From: Antechinus flavipes
Lineage: Eukaryota
NCBI RefSeq assembly: GCF_016432865.1
Contig: NC_067403.1
Location: 200,942,001 to 201,006,000 of the forward strand
Length of the DNA stretch: 64,000 bases
Direction of reading: 5' to 3'
The translations under genes and the position numbers were made by a program. Positions within the stretch are counted from its first letter, which is position 1; each line of letters begins with the position of its first letter. Below are positions 10,760 through 25,846 of this stretch, piece by piece. Under the pieces are notes generated by a model. The model saw nothing but the letters and a program-made list of their open reading frames with translations. It had not been told where the DNA came from and did no database searches.

Positions 10760-13700
10760 TTAGGCTGGGATTTGGGAAGGAGTCTCCGGGGTCAGCGTGA
10801 TGAGGGAATTGCTGGCCTGCGCAAGCTCAGAGATGGACACGCGACCTCGCTGGCGGATGAACTGCGCCACGGCGGCCATCTCCTCGGGCGTGATGTAGAT
10901 GAACTTGCCGCGGTCATCAATCACCCCTGAAGAGACAAGAGCATCCCAAGGACGTGGGCCCCACCGATCTCTGTGCTGCCCCTTTTAAGACCCTCCCCGC
11001 TCCACTTCAGTCCAACTTCCAGTGGCCTCCCAGTCCGGTCCTACCCCGTTCCTGCTGGGGCTTCCTCCATCTATCTCCACTTGTTNNNNNNNNNNNNNNN
11101 NNNNNNNNNNNNNNNNNNNNNNNNNNNNNNNNNNNNNNNNNNNNNNNNNNNNNNNNNNNNNNNNNNNNNNNNNNNNNNNNNNNNNNNNNNNNNNNNNNNN
11201 NNNNNNNNNNNNNNNNNNNNNNNNNNNNNNNNNNNNNNNNNNNNNNNNNNNNNNNNNNNNNNNNNNNNNNNNNNNNNNNNNNNNNNNNNNNNNNNNNNNN
11301 NNNNNNNNNNNNNNNNNNNNNNNNNNNNNNNNNNNNNNNNNNNNNNNNNNNNNNNNNNNNNNNNNNNNNNNNNNNNNNNNNNNNNNNNNNNNNNNNNNNN
11401 NNNNNNNNNNNNNNNNNNNNNNNNNNNNNNNNNNNNNNNNNNNNNNNNNNNNNNNNNNNNNNNNNNNNNNNNNNNNNNNNNNNNNNNNNNNNNNNNNNNN
11501 NNNNNNNNNNNNNNNNNNNNNNNNNNNNNNNNNNNNNNNNNNNNNNNNNNNNNNNNNTCCTCATCTTTCTTGCTTGGTTGGTGACTCCCCAAGGACAGGG
11601 TCTGGTCTATGAATCCTTCTCTCTTCCAAGAGCCTATTAAGCAACGTCCTGGGCAGAATGGGGAGGCCATAAGCCTGACAATGGCACGAGGGGTCCTGAA
11701 TTCTGATCTCACAGACATCCTGGAGCACAGGGTGAAACCTGCCCCCGTGGGACCCTCCCTCCCCGCACCTGTCAGCGTGCCATCGGCCAACAGGTCCTGC
11801 ACTCGGTTAATAGCGTCCTGTGGGAGAAGAGAGGGGGCCATCCTTAGCAGGGAGCCAGGACAAGTCAACCCTCCCGATAAGTCACCTCCATCCCCTGGAC
11901 CCCCTGCAGATACTGCTGGGATGTGGGAGCAGCAGCATCTCACTCTCCTATCCCTCCCTCTTAGGAGCCCCCGGGAAGAATTCTTTCCCTTGGATTCCCC
12001 TGCTCTGGGGTATCTGGACAGCCCATTCTATCCTGGGGGAGAGGGAAGTGGTGGGTAGCAGTGGTGCTGCTGCTGGTGCTGTTTCCCAGGGACTGGAACA
12101 GTGGGAGGTGCTGGCAAAGGACTGGTACCACAGGGAGGAGGGTTGTCACGGTAACTGGATTGGGCAGCTTCAGCCGGGGGCCGGTTAACTGCTTGTTTTT
12201 TGTCCTTCCTTCTCTTGAATTGAGGAGGGTCTTAGGAGATGATCCAGACCCGATTTGGGAAGGACCAAGTCTGGATCATTCCCTATCGGGTCCCAGCCCA
12301 GGCCACAGAAACTCCCGGCTGCTGACTCTTACATTACCTGGGTCCGAAGGCCCACATGAGATGCGAGGTCCTCCAAGAGCACAACTTTTGCCTGCTGCAG
12401 AGAAGGGAGAGAACGGAGCCCATGACTTCCCTCAGTTCAAGGCACAGAGCATAAGGTCATTCCTAGTCATACTTACACATACACATGTCTATGTCTAGAT
12501 ACACTCACTTATGGCCTGGACCTGCCCTCAGGAGCTTCTACTCAGAAAGGAGCAGTAAATGGGGGCAGGCCCTTGAAACGTGCTCTTAACTGCTGACATT
12601 CTCTCTGTCTCATTTAAGAGAGAGACAGACATAAGTCAAGGTCCTGCCCTCAGAGAGTTCCACTCTGGAAACCGGAATACATTCGCACTGACAGCGTTCA
12701 TGCATTTATTCATCCAATAAACGCTTCTTAAATGTCAGAGGATGCGAGCTTGGGATGCGACAGAGCTGCTCCCTCACAGGATTCACACGGAGAGACACAC
12801 ACATAACAGAGAGTATTATATGCTAAGTGCGCAGGAAGGTACAAACCCGGCGTTATGTAAGAGCTTTCCTGCAGAATCCTGGAACTACTCATGTATTGGG
12901 CTTTGTTAAGTTCAGATTTAAAAAACATTCTAATGTTATGTAAAGTCTGAGGGGGAAGGCTGTCACTGACAGGGGCTCAGGGAAGGCTTCCTGGAGGAGG
13001 CTGAGTTGGAGTAAAACTAGGACATAAACACGAGACCAAAATTTGAGGAGGAAAAAGGAGAGGGGGATGAAGAGAAAGGGAGGGGGAATGTTACCAAAGA
13101 CTAGTCTCCTGCACTTGGAGACAAGCAGGGAAGTATTGCCCTTAAGTCAGGAAAGGAAAGGGAGGCTGGTGGGGACGGTCCATGCCTCAGTTTCCCTACA
13201 ACTACAGCCCCCTGAGGGCCAGGCCTGGGTCCCCTGAGGGCGAGTCTCGGGGCAAGACTGGGACCTGAAACCTGACTGACACAAAGGCCAGCCCGAGGTG
13301 GGGAAGGAGAAACGCGGCATCAACACTTGTGAGTCGCTCTGGGGTGCCTCGAAGTAACTTCCGGGAGGCGGACTTGGGGCCAAAAGGGCGGAGGAGCTGA
13401 GGGTCCCGGCTGCCGGGCAGGGCCTGCCCCGGGGCACCCGAGCCCCCTGACACCCCAAGGACAAGGCTTCCCCGCCTCCCCCTCCGGACGGGACACCGCA
13501 AGCTCCGCCTCTGCTGCCCCGGGGCCTCCTGGGAGAACGGGGAGCCCCGGGGACGAGGCTGGGAGCGGGCTGCGGGACGGGGCAGTCCCGGGAAGGCCGG
13601 GCCGGGGGAGAGGCAGGCAGAGGGCCCCCTGCGCGGGGCGGCCCCGGGGCCCGGCAAGGACCACGCCAGCCCTGGCTGACCCAGGTGTTGCAGACTGGGA

Positions 13701-16700
13701 AGGAGAAAAACTGCAGGCAGAGGGAGGAGAGAGGCCAGACAATGCAGCGGCCTCTCACAAGAAGGGACCCACCCTGCGGGGCCGAGACCTCCTGTATCAC
13801 AAGGGCCCACGTGCAGGAAGCTGGGGGACACACGGGAGGCTCCCCCCGGGGGCACCGGGTTCGGGAGCCTGTGGGAGCCGGCTCCCCCGGCCCGGGGCCC
13901 CTGCCTGAGGGGGGGCCCTCCCTGGGCCCAGCCACGTGTCCGCGGGGTGGGGGCCCGGCTCCCCGGCTCCCAGCGTGACGGGCTTCCTTGACTGCCTGGG
14001 GCGTGGGCTGAGACTCCCAGGGGCTGCAAGCTGTGGATTATGCAACGCTGGTTCAGTGCCACCCCCTGCTCCCTCTGCACTCCCTCCCACAGCTCACGCT
14101 GATGCTTCAGCTTCCCCCACTTTAAAGCTGTACCTGAAAACTTCCCCTTCTGGGGGTGGGGCGAGGGAGAAAGGAAGGGGTCTGCAGCAGACGGGGGGCG
14201 GCCGTGCCCAGAGGAAGGAGCCTCCCCCTCAGAGCAGGGGCTCCTGAGCACAAGCCTCCAGCCCCGGGACCCCCAAAAGCAGAGGCCGGGCCTCCTACCT
14301 CACCAGGGGCACTCGGGGTCCGAGGGAGGGGCCAGAGAACGCGACCGAACCCACCAAGGACGGAGCCTCAGGAGGCCGGGAAGCCGAGGGGCTGCGGAGG
14401 GACGTGTCCCGCTGCCCGGGCGGCCACAGGCCCTGCGCACGAATGTGCCGCCATGATGGGGGGGTCCGAGCCCCTCAGCATAAGGTCAGGGAGAAAACCT
14501 CGAGCGGCTTCTCCCTCCTCCCCACGCCCCGCGCCTCGCACACTCCCACTCCCAAATTCAGACCCAAGTCCGGGCCGAGGCCCCCGGCCCCACAGCTTCT
14601 TACCTTAATGTAAGTGATGAACTCGGTCAGGAAGCTCCGAGACTGTGGGGACAAAGATGGCGGGTGAGCTCGGGCCGCCCCGGGCCGGGCAGAAGGCTCC
14701 GGGGAAGGTGCTCAGGCCGCCGAAGGGGCCGCGGCAGCAGGGGCTCAGGTCAGACACCGGACACCGCCAAGCGGGGCCTGGGCAAAGCGGCCGCACCTGG
14801 CTCCCGGAGCCCGCGAGGGCAGCCCCAGGACGTCGTCCCCGAGCAGGAGCCCCCGTCAGACAGCCGGGACCCCGCCCCCCGCGGTTCCGAACCGAGGCCT
14901 CCCTCTCCCCGGCCCAGAGTCGGCGCCGGGGCTTTGTTCCTGCTAGCAGCGGGACGGGAAGGCCGCCCCATGGGACCGAGGAGAGCGCTCCCCGGGAGGC
15001 CCTGCCTCTCTCCTCCCGCCCCCGGTGCCCCTCTGCCGGCTCGCTCCTAGGGGCCGAGGCAGAAAGGTCAGGGGCGGCCTCCGGGGCCAGGGCTTCCCAG
15101 GGGTGCTGTCCCACAGGCCAGGCTGACATCCGTCCCGGGCCCGGGAGGCCCAGCAGGGGAAGCCCCTCACCTGCTCCTCCGTCATGGTCTCAGCCTCCCC
15201 CTCCTCCTCCACCACAAAGGCCTCCTTCAGTTTCAGGTACTCCTCATGCTCACGCTGCTCCTGCTCCTCCCGGGCCTTCCTTTCCTCGGCTTCCTGCGAC
15301 AAAAACCAAGGCTCAGTTTCCCCCCAAAGCGCCGGCCCCTTCTCCCCCAAACACCCTCACGTGCCGGGCAAAGTCCCCTGGGACTGTGTGAGCAGGTCCC
15401 TGCCCCCTGCAGCCCTCTCAGAAATCCTTCTGGGCAAAGGGCCACGAGGACCCCTGGGGAGGGCTGAGCCCTGGCTCCCAGGAGGGGGCTGCCAACCTGC
15501 CCCTCCCCACCCTCATTCCTTCGAGAGAGAGGGTCCCCCTTCCCTCCTCACCGGATGTGGGCTTCCACCAACACTGGGAATACTCAGACTTCTGAGTCTC
15601 TCGCCAACTCCCAAGCCTGAGGAGATCATTGGGCTCAATCCCTTCCATATTTTAGACGAGGAAACAGAGGGCCAGAGAAGCTCACAAGTCACACTTAGCT
15701 TAATCAAGGCCTCGAGACTATGGTCAATTCCTCTGCTCCCTTCCCTCTGGAGACGAAGGCCCGGACTGACCCACCCTGGCCCCTGACTCTCGGCGGGCGG
15801 CTCTGACACCCCCTCCCCCTCTCCCTTTTCCTCTTCCTGGTAGGGTCTGGGGGGGCAAGTTCTGCCTCACTGACTCAGTGCGGCCCCATCACAAGTCAAA
15901 ACACAGCCACCGATGGAGGGCGGACACAACGTCCTCTCTACCCGTCCCCCAGCTAGCCCAGAGAGCTGGGAAGGCACCTGCGGCCCTTCATCCGACAAAC
16001 CTACCCCCAGGGCTCCCCCACCAACACCTGCTTGTACAAAACTAGTCAGGGAGAGCGCGGAACCAGGGAGTTCTCCGGGCCAGCCCCCACCCCATTCCCC
16101 CAGGAACAGCTCCCAGGTCTCCTTCCTTCTCCATTCCCACTTGCCAGACACCATAATTCAGAGCCCCCCGCCATCTCTCCCTCTCTGTATGTGTCTCTCT
16201 GTCTCTCTCTCTGTCTGTCTGTGTTTCCCTTTGCCTCTCTTGTCTCCGTCTGTCTCTCCTTTTCTGTCTCCCCCCCCCTCCTTGCCCAATGGGCTAGCCT
16301 TCTAGCCCCTCCTCCTGTTTCCAGGTGCTGCCCTCTCCAGATTGTTTGTGTGTTGATCCCTACTTAAGCCGCACTGCCTCGGTGCTCACGGTGTCCCCCC
16401 TCACGCTGGGGCTCCCTGAGGCAGGGGCTAGGCAGGATCAGAGCCTTCCCCGAAGGCAGGGCCCCTGGAGGCTCCGGGGCTGCTTGTCACCAGCTTTGTC
16501 ACAGACAAAGGGAAGAAATCATCTTCCACTTAACAAGCCAGGCAGCTACAGACACTTCTCAGCCCACGTCTCCCAATCTCTGAAGAGCCTTTGAGTCTCT
16601 CTTCCTGCCCTCATGACTAATCACTCATTGTGGAACCTTTAGTGAGGAGCCCTCCCTGGTGTGGTAGGTGGGCAGACGTGGGCTGCCGCTGGATGGGAGG

Positions 16701-19700
16701 GACAGGGAGACCTTCCCTCCTGCCTCCCTCCCTTCCCCAAACAAGACTTTGGGGTGCAGGGCAGGGTGGGAAGACCAAAGTGATGAGTGGCGTGAGCCCA
16801 GAGCCTTCCAGGCAACACACTGCAAGTCTAGCTCGGCGTCCCCTCCAAACTGCTCCTTCAGCAGACTCCCAGAGACCCCTGGTTGTTGCCAACGGCAGCA
16901 CTGCCTCCCGGTCACCGAGGCTCAAGGCCTCGGTCAGCCCAGACTCTCCCTGCCCATGTGGGTCAGACCCAAATCCAGCTCTTCTTCTTGGACATCTCTC
17001 AGATTTATTCCCCTCCTCTGCCCTGCTCTGGCCTCCACGCGAACTTAGGACGCGATTCAATCCAACAAACATTTATTGAGAGACCCTCATGTTCCTGAGC
17101 CTTGCTAGGAACAGGGGGACCCAAAGACAAAAGCAACAGCTTCTGCTCAAAAAGGTTCTATTCTTTCAGAGGGAAATAGCACGAATATAGCTAAATCAAG
17201 ACTTCAAAGTGGACTGGGACGGGGGACACTAACACCTCTTGTGGCCCCCAGAACTGAGCCTGAAGGGAGTGAGGGACCCCAAGAGATGCAGGGAAGGCAG
17301 GAGAGCCCTGCATGAATGGGGACCGCTTGGAGAAAGGAGCAAGGTGGGAGCTGGACACCTGCGGACAGCGAGCCTCCTGTGGTCCGGGTCACAGGAACAT
17401 GGATTTCTTAAATGCATCAATACGTATGAGGTGCTCTGCAGGGGGCCGGAGATCAAACCAGGCCCTGGCTCTACAGCCTGCCCCCTCCTCGGGCCACACG
17501 CAGCGGCCTGGCCTCCTCCTATGTCACCAGCCAGAAACATCTTTCTGATGCACATTTCTGCCCACGCCATTCCTCTGGCTCCCAAACTGGCTTCGAGAAC
17601 AACTGCAAACTCTTTAGCTTGGTGTCCAAGGCCCTCCATCAGCACCTGCCTTCTGCCTTCCCAGATTTACTCACCTCCCTTTCACACACACACAATGCTC
17701 CAATCAACCAGCCTCCTCATCCCTAAGGATACCCACTGGTCTTCCCTATCAGCTGAAATCCTACCCCTTCTGGTGTATCAGGGCCAGAGCATAAACTGTA
17801 CTACAAAGCAGTGATCATTCAACGGGACCGAGTGCACAATAGAGAGTGGAATCAGACATGGCATACAATGTAAAACCAGCACAGTGGCAGTGTTTGATAA
17901 ACCCAAAGACCTGTTACTGGGAAAAGGACTCACTAATAGACAAAATCTGCTAGGAAAACTGGACAGCAATCTGGTAAAAATTAGTTTTAGGCCAAGACCT
18001 CATTTGTTATACACCAAGATATGCTCCTGGCTACAACATAAAGAAATTAAAGGAGTGAGAGAGAAATCATCATTCAAATCTATGACTGGGAGGAGAGTCC
18101 ATGACTAAACAAGCATTAGAAAGGCTCACTAAAATAAAATTTGATTATATACATTAAAAAGTTTTTGCATAAATAAACTGAATGTAATTAAAATTATGAG
18201 TAAATAGGAAAACCCTTAGCAGCAAGTTACTCTTACAAAAGATTCAATAATCAAGGTGTATTCTTATACAAAAAAGTGCCATCCCCTAATGGCCCAAGTA
18301 GATATATAAGGAGTTTTTAAAGAAAGAAATTCAAGCTATCAACGACCATGGAAAATGCTATAAATCATTAATAACTACAAAATGAAAATTAAAACAACTC
18401 TGAAATTCTACTTGACATTCATCTAAGTGGCAATGATGACAAGAGGAACATGACAAATGCCGAATCGGATTGAGAAAAAAATGAACAATTCATTATTGGC
18501 TCCACCAAAGCTGACTGATGTAGCAATTCTGAAAAGCAATTTGGAATGATGCTCCCAACATTAGTAAACTATACATAACCTTTGTCTCACTGATACCATC
18601 TACTGGGCCTACACTGTAAGGAGATAAAGCAAGGAGAAAATACAAGCACAAAAACATTTAGACCAGTTTGCTTTGTGGTAGGCAAGAATCTTCAAGATTT
18701 GTCCTTTTTTTAGGGAATGGCTCAACAGATTCTGGTGGAAGCATGGAAAGGAATAGCATTGGGTTGTAAGAAATGACAAAATGGGCAATTTCAGAGGAAA
18801 CTGGAAAGACTTCTGTGAACTGATATTAAGTGAGCAGAATCAAGAGAACAATTTATACGATGACAAAAATGTTATTTAAAACAAACAAAAAAACACACAA
18901 ACTCCAAACTTTGAGTGACTATAGAAATCTGAACAATCTAATGATAAGTCAGGAAGACAGAAGACCAAAGCAGAAACTCTCACCTCTTGCCGGAGAGGTA
19001 ATGAACCTACACAAGTCAGAGAGACAGAGATTTTCAGGCACGGCCAATGTGGGCATTTACTGGACCATGCATGCTTGTGACAAGGCTTTGCTCTTTCCTT
19101 TTTCCTCCTCCTTTCTTTCTTTCCTTTCTTTCTTTCTGTTCAATGGATGGGGGAAGTGGGGGGATATATTATAAAATAATTTTACAAAGTTAATAAACAA
19201 ATCTCCCTTCCATCCTTCCAGACCCAGTTAACTGCCAGCTCCTCCATAAAGCCGCGTCCAGCTTCCCTGGCGAGAAGCGAGGTCTCCTTCCTCTGAACTC
19301 TCCGAAGCTGCCATTTGTCTTAAGGCACAGCTCCGTTCTGTCGCATTTCATCGCTGCAGATGACTTCCGTCGTGTTCCTCCCTCCTAGACCGTGAGGCCT
19401 TTGGGTGGCAGACGGCTAGAGACCGTTTCTTATTCATCTGTGTTTCAACTAGAGGGCTTACTTGGCACTGAGAGAAAGGAGCTCTAGTTAAAGTTTTACT
19501 ACTTAAGAGTCACATGATCTTGGCTGAATCAGAGCCTCAGAATTACAGAATTAGGAAAAAATCCAAAGGTCAGCCCATGCACAAGTGGCCATTTGGCAGC
19601 TGGCGATCCCCCGGCCAGGGGTCTCACTCTGTCCTGAGGCGGCCCGTGCTTTCCCCCTTGCTGTGGTGCAGAACCAGGCCGGCATCTGCAGTATCTTCCC

Positions 19701-22700
19701 ACAGCGCCGCAGCTCCTGCTCTCTCCAGCCAAACAAAACCAAGTCCCACCCCTCTTGTACCCGAGAGACCTTCGAACCTCAGCGTTTCTGCCAGGCGGGT
19801 CCTGCTCTGGAGCCCGGCTCCCCGCGCCCCTCGTGCTCTTTCGAGAACTACGTCCCTTGACCGTACCTGGGCCTCAGTTTCCCTGCCTACAAATCAGAGA
19901 GAAGAACCCCGCCTTTCCCACAGGCCTGCTGTACCGGTGAATCACGTGGATCACAGGGCTCCTAAGTCAGAAAGCCCTGGGCAGAAGGGCGGCTGGGAGG
20001 AGGAGCAGAAGCCTCCATGTGGGCTGAGGGAATGGCAGGGTGACGGCAGGGAAGCGGGGGGAGAAGAGCCCCTGACAACGGGGCAGTTACCACCAGGTCC
20101 GTCCAGCCAAGCCAACGCCAGGCGCCGCTGGGGCTCGGGGGCTCGCCACCGCGCCAGGCCTGGAGCTGGGGGGAAAGGCCGGCCGAGGAGGGCGCGAGCG
20201 GAGGTCAGGGCGGAGGGTCTGAGGGTCTCGGGGCGCAGCTCACCTTGCGCTCCTCCTCAAGGCGCAGGCGCTCCTCCTCTTTCTTCCGCTCCTCCTCCCG
20301 CTTGGATTCTAGTCGGCGCCGCTCCTCGCGCTCAGCTTCTTCTGCCTAAGGAGAGCAGGTGCTGTTTCCCAAGCATCACCCTGCCCGTCCCCTCCCTCAC
20401 CCCGGGACCTCCTGTCCAAGCCCAGGAGAGGGGAGGGGGCCTCAGGGCGGCTCCCCCGCTCACCTCCCGCTGGGCTTTCCTGGCCTGCTTCTCCTCCAGC
20501 TTCCTCTGCTTCTTGGCGCCAATTTTTCCCAACGGCTGGATTTCTGCAGGCTCATCGCCGCTTTCTTCATCCTGGGCTAGAGGTGTTCAGAAGAGAGAGG
20601 AGACCCCGGAAGAAAGCATTTTAGTACAAAGCATGAGTGGACTCCTGCCCGCGGCAGACTCCCCAGCCCGGGCCCTGCCTTCAAGCAGCCCACTCAGCAA
20701 CACTGTCCTACACAGAAGCAGGGCCTAGGACGGCCAGGCTGGAGACCCCGAGCCAGAGGGTACCAGCTGCCCGTGGTGGGCGCAGGGGCCAGAAGGAGGA
20801 AGCCCCCGCGGGGCAGGGCAGGAACGAAGCAGGCTCCGACGTTTTAGCCCGGCTTCTGCCACGCAGGGACAGCTCATGCCCTTGCTCTGGGTGCAAGCCC
20901 ATCAGCACAAGCTGTGAGTGCTTCAGTGCCCTCTGCCACAGGCCTCCGCTGTTTCTCGTGTGCTAATTAAGGAGAAAAAGTCCTCCCTATCTCACGGGTC
21001 TAGGATAAGGCTCCCATGAGATCATGTGGAACAAAGGACTTCATAAAATATCAGGTGAATTTCTGATCAATCAACAAGGTCTCACTGAAAATCTAGCTAT
21101 GGCAGAAAGAACGCCAGCCAGATTTGCCAGGATTCAAGTCCCAGTTCTGCTACTTTCTACCTGTGTGACTGGGCCTGTGTCTGTTCTACAAAGTGATGGA
21201 GTTTAGACCAGATAAACTCTGAGATTCCCTCCAGCTCCACATCCCATACTCCTCGAGGATCCGGCCCATTGCCAGGGACCATGGTGGGGATACTAGGAAG
21301 AGAAGACATAGAGTTTCTGTCCTCCCCAGGAAACAGCCTATCTCCCTCCATAGGGACTGGAACACAGCAGGGGCTTAAAAGTTTTTTTGATTGCTGGATT
21401 ACTTCCTAGTTAGTAAAAGGTCTCTTAGGATGCAGAGCAGAGTGCTAAAAGCCAAGAGTTTTGTGGGAAAGGCTATAGGACTCCTAAGAAGGAGAGTCTG
21501 CGGACTAGGATAATCCCTGCTTTGACATCCCATGTCCAAGGCAGGCTGGGGATCATGTGCACAAAAACTCGGAATGGAAACCACCCCGTTATGGACGGTG
21601 GGAAAACCATGCGTCAAGCTCGTCTGCACTGGGTGCTCAAACTGAGGAAGGAGAAGGGCAGAAGGCAAGGTGGGGCCGGTTTAGGAAGGGCTTTGAATGC
21701 CGAGTTGAGGACCTGGCCTGGAGATGTTTTAGGAAGAGGAATCTGGCAAATGTAGGGGGTGGATGGGCAGCTAGGAGAGTAGAGGCCATAGCTGTGCCCT
21801 TCCTTACTCAGGCAAGAGGCACTGAAGGCCAGCATCAAAACAGGTGCCATCCGAAGTGGGCCTGGAGACCCCTGAGCGAGCCTTGGCTGAAGCACCCTGA
21901 AGCAGCCACGGCTTCTCTTGGCTGAACTACCACTAATATCCTCCCAACTGGTCTTTCTGCCTTTATTCTCATCCTTCAGCAGTTCAGGCCTCTCATCTAT
22001 GCCCCAGTGATCCTCCTAAGGTGCAGGTGGGGGGTACCAAGGATGGGGCAGGTGGGGGGCACCGAGGATGGAGCACCAGGTCTGCAGCCAGGACTCACAC
22101 ACTTAACGAGCTGTGTGAAACCCCATTCTACTCAGTTCCCTGTCTGCAAAATAGGGGTATACTGGAGAAGGAAATCACAAACCACTCCAGTATTTTTGCC
22201 AAGAAAATCCCAGAAATCTTCAGTGGCTCCCCACTGCCCGCCAAAGCAGGAACCAACTCCTGATCCTGGCGCTCAAGGCCTTCCAGGATCCGGTGCCAGT
22301 CTGGCAACGCAGGCTTATCTCCCATTTCCTTTCCTAACCTCCAGTCTCTCCAGACTGGACGACTACCCTTCCAGATCCTGCCCTGGCCCCCTTTCACCAC
22401 CTCCAGGGAGATGAATACAAAGACCAGGAGATGACTGAAGGACTCCCAACCGTACACAGTAACAGCAAGAATGTGGGATGATCAACTATGGCAGACTTGG
22501 TTCTTCTCAGTAGCTCAGTGATCCAAAGCAATCCCAAGACTCTGAGCAGAAAATGCCACCTGCATCCAGAAAAAGAACTAAGGGGACTGAATGTAAATCA
22601 ACACATGCCGTGTGCACTTCTTTTTTCTGTTTTTTTCTCTCTCCCTGGCTTTTCCCTTTTGTTCTGATTTTTCTTTCCCAACATGATTCATAAAACAAAG

Positions 22701-25700
22701 TAGGCTAAAAAAAAAAAAAAGAAAAAGAAATATATAGAAGAAAAAAAAGTATCTGTATGTAAACAATTGAGGGATACACACAATTGATGGTATTATATTA
22801 AATGTTAATGTTAGACATCTTCTGCTCCCTTTCTGCTTCTTACCTCCGTCCCCACCTGCCCCTGAGCTGCCACCTCCTAAATTCCAGACCCCATCTCTGG
22901 CCCCCGGTTAGCAGTCACCTGGAACACTAGAATGGCAATGGGAAGCGGTTTTCTCCAGTCTGGCCAAGGGTGAAGATCAGGGGCCTTGCATGAAATGGCT
23001 GGGAGGCCCCACCTGACCTCAGGGCCTTTTCCAGAGCTCTAGGGCTGGGGGGCTCGGCTGGTCTCCTGAGGATGGGCTCCCTCAGACTCCGACACGGCAG
23101 AGTGCGCTCTAGGCCCTGAGGAGGCGTGGTGAACAATTTCTTCTCTAGGCTAGAGTTGTGGGACCCCCCCCCCAATCGGGCATCCCTCCTACGACGTGGT
23201 GACCCTCTCACGGCCCTAGCTCCCAGCTGCCCATCCCCCTCCAGGCCTCCCATCACCTCCTCTGCCAGTAGCTCCAGGCGGGTCAATCTCCCCAACCTCC
23301 CAGTCTCCCCGGAGCCCCTCTCCCCCAGGAAGCCTCTGTGTGACAGGCTTCCCCAGGGGTGGGTCCCTCTGGCCTCCAGGGTGGGTCAGTGGGTCAGGAG
23401 CCTCCTGTGGGCCAAGCACCGGGAATGGGAGGAACAAGGCACCCCCCACTGGTACATCCATCACCTTCTATCACTTCCTCAACCTCTTCCTCGGCCCGCT
23501 GGGCCCGGCGCTGGGCCTGCAGCCTGCTCCCCATGTCTCGCCGGCGCCGGGGCCTCCCTTCGGCCCTCTCGGTTTCCTGTCCAAGAAGCTGGGGCCGCAG
23601 CCCCCCGACAGCCACTGGCTCCACATTGTGCTGATCTCCTGAGGAAAGGAGAGAGAAGGCCCGGTGAACACCCCCGCTCTCCCCGGTGCCACTTCCTGAG
23701 GCACCCCCCACCCCCCTCACAACATCTCTGAATCCCCCTGCCCCGAAGTCCCACAGCTCCTGCCCAGCCACAGGATCGACTCTGCAGTCGGGGCCAGTCA
23801 GGATGGGGACGCTCCGCCGGGCCCATCTGCTCCTGTCACCCAGCATCCCGGCGCCCTTCCCCGCACTGGTCCCTCACGCCACGAAGGCTCCGCTTCCCTA
23901 GTGACCACTCTCTGAAAAGGCCCAGTTACGCCCTCCCTCCTCCATTATTCCCCCACCTGTCCCGCTCCATACGGGTCCCTCTCACCGTGAGCTTTTAGGG
24001 TTCCTCTGAGCTGAGCCCCCGATCGCTTCCCTGGCATTTCAGGGGCAAGAGACGCCCTGCTCTGGACCAGAAAGTCCCCCGGGGAGGTGTGACCCGCCAA
24101 ATGGCGCACTGCGGGCCTCCTAGAGAGCCCACGCCCGGCCCGGCCAGCCCTTCCTACGGCAACCCCAAGCCGCGCCTCTCCATCCCCTCCCACACACCAG
24201 CCCAACAGCGGCGCCCAGCTCGGCCCGATCAGTCCCGTCTCAGGCTCCCCCCCAGCACGGCTCTCGCCCAGCTCCCCTGCGCATCTCCCATCAGGCCTGG
24301 GAACAGTTCAAGTCCTGCTGCCCGTCCCCGTCCCCATCCCGCCCCTTCGTGTGGCTCCTCACACTCACACAAACCCAACTCAACATCCAAACGCCAACAG
24401 GAAAGTGAGACGCGGCGCTATCAGTTACACCGAACCGGCAGAGAAAGAGAGGGATGGATGTATCCCGACAACTTTCCACTGAGTTGGAATCAGAGACATT
24501 TACTTTCGTCTCACGGAGCGCAGTGATTCTATGCTCTGAGAAACCAGAGTCCTGCTCAAAAGTTATCCCCTGTGGTTTCATTATCATATTCTATAGCTTT
24601 CCTTAAGAAAACATTCCTTTTTTTTTTAATTTACCTGCTAGCAATATTGGTTAAATTTGAGGAACAACAAATTGCTAACAATTATCAGAAAGTAGCTCTA
24701 TCCAAGACAGTCACAAGAGTTTTTCAAAAATGAAAGATTTCAAAAAATCAGAAAGGTTTTTTTTTTGGTATTGTTAATAAAGTAAATAAAATAACATCCA
24801 TTTTAAATTTCTACTTTGACATAATTTTACAACATACAAAAATGTATTAAAATAGCAGAACTAAATAATTTCTGAATATTTAGGCAGGGATAGTAAGGAT
24901 TTTACAGGAACAAAGACTATCCCCTTGCAGAAGTCAGGGCCTGGGCTTGCCCTCCTCGTCTCCCCCAGGCTGTGAGCCTCCTGAAAATAGGTCCTTCTTC
25001 TGAAGGCCCGACCCCTCCCCAAGGGGAGGCCATGCCAAGGCCTGCGGAGGGTGTCACTTCTTCCCCCTCACACACAGCCTTAGAACCTGAGGCTTTAACT
25101 TTCAGAGATCTGGTCCCCTCTGAGGAAGGCGGACAGAGCACACGGGAGAGCCAACTGGATAACACAAAAGTGGGCAACACGTGTGGCTCCACAAGCCGGA
25201 AGGGGTCTAGGCGGGGGGCCATCCCTGCTCTGGGCCGACAGCATGGGGCATCCTCAGGGAGTTTCTGGGCCTGTGCCGGGGAGGGGGAAGGACAGGAGGG
25301 TGGGGGGCCCATGCTATGCAGTGGGCAGAAGAGTGGGGCTAAGGCTGCGAGATGTGGTAGGGCCCTCCTTAGGGAAGGGGGCAAACTAGGATGTCCAAGA
25401 AGCCCACTCCTGAAACAGGCTGGGTGGAAGAGGGCCCCCACTCAGACGGTGCCAGCAGGAACGGTTACGTAAAGGGAGATTGTGAGTGATGGCCGCCCAC
25501 CTCCTAGCTCTGGCTTTACCCACCTCCCTCAGCTCCTACTACCCCCGAGGCCCAAAATGACAGCAGCAAAATGCACCAATCATTCTTCCACCAAGAGCCC
25601 GCTGGAGGTTGGGGGGGAGAGGGGACCCGCCAGGCCCAGGAGCATCTGGACCTCACAGGATCGGGATGAGGAGGCCCAGTGAGAAAGGAGAGGTCCCTGG

Positions 25701-25801
25701 AATGCTGGACAATGACAGCGGTCAAAGGATCCCCCCTAAGTCAGAAGCAAACATTTGTACAAGATGTGGGAGCTCAGGATGGGGGAGTGGAAGCTGTAGG
25801 G

Positions 25802-25846
<45 letters not shown>

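Noticed and set aside
13147-15391. Multiple 200-350-aa Pro/Gly/Arg-rich ORFs on both strands
   Set aside because: Expected in over 70% GC intronic DNA with few stop codons; no recognisable homology apart from the real DDRGK1 exons.
19514-20728. 404-aa + strand ORF
   Set aside because: Antisense shadow of DDRGK1 exons 3-4 in GC-rich DNA, starting in L2/MIR-derived sequence; no domain signal.
24380-24600. Unique-looking intronic segment as a possible snoRNA
   Set aside because: No box C (RUGAUGA)/D pair with terminal stem or H/ACA layout on the host-gene strand.
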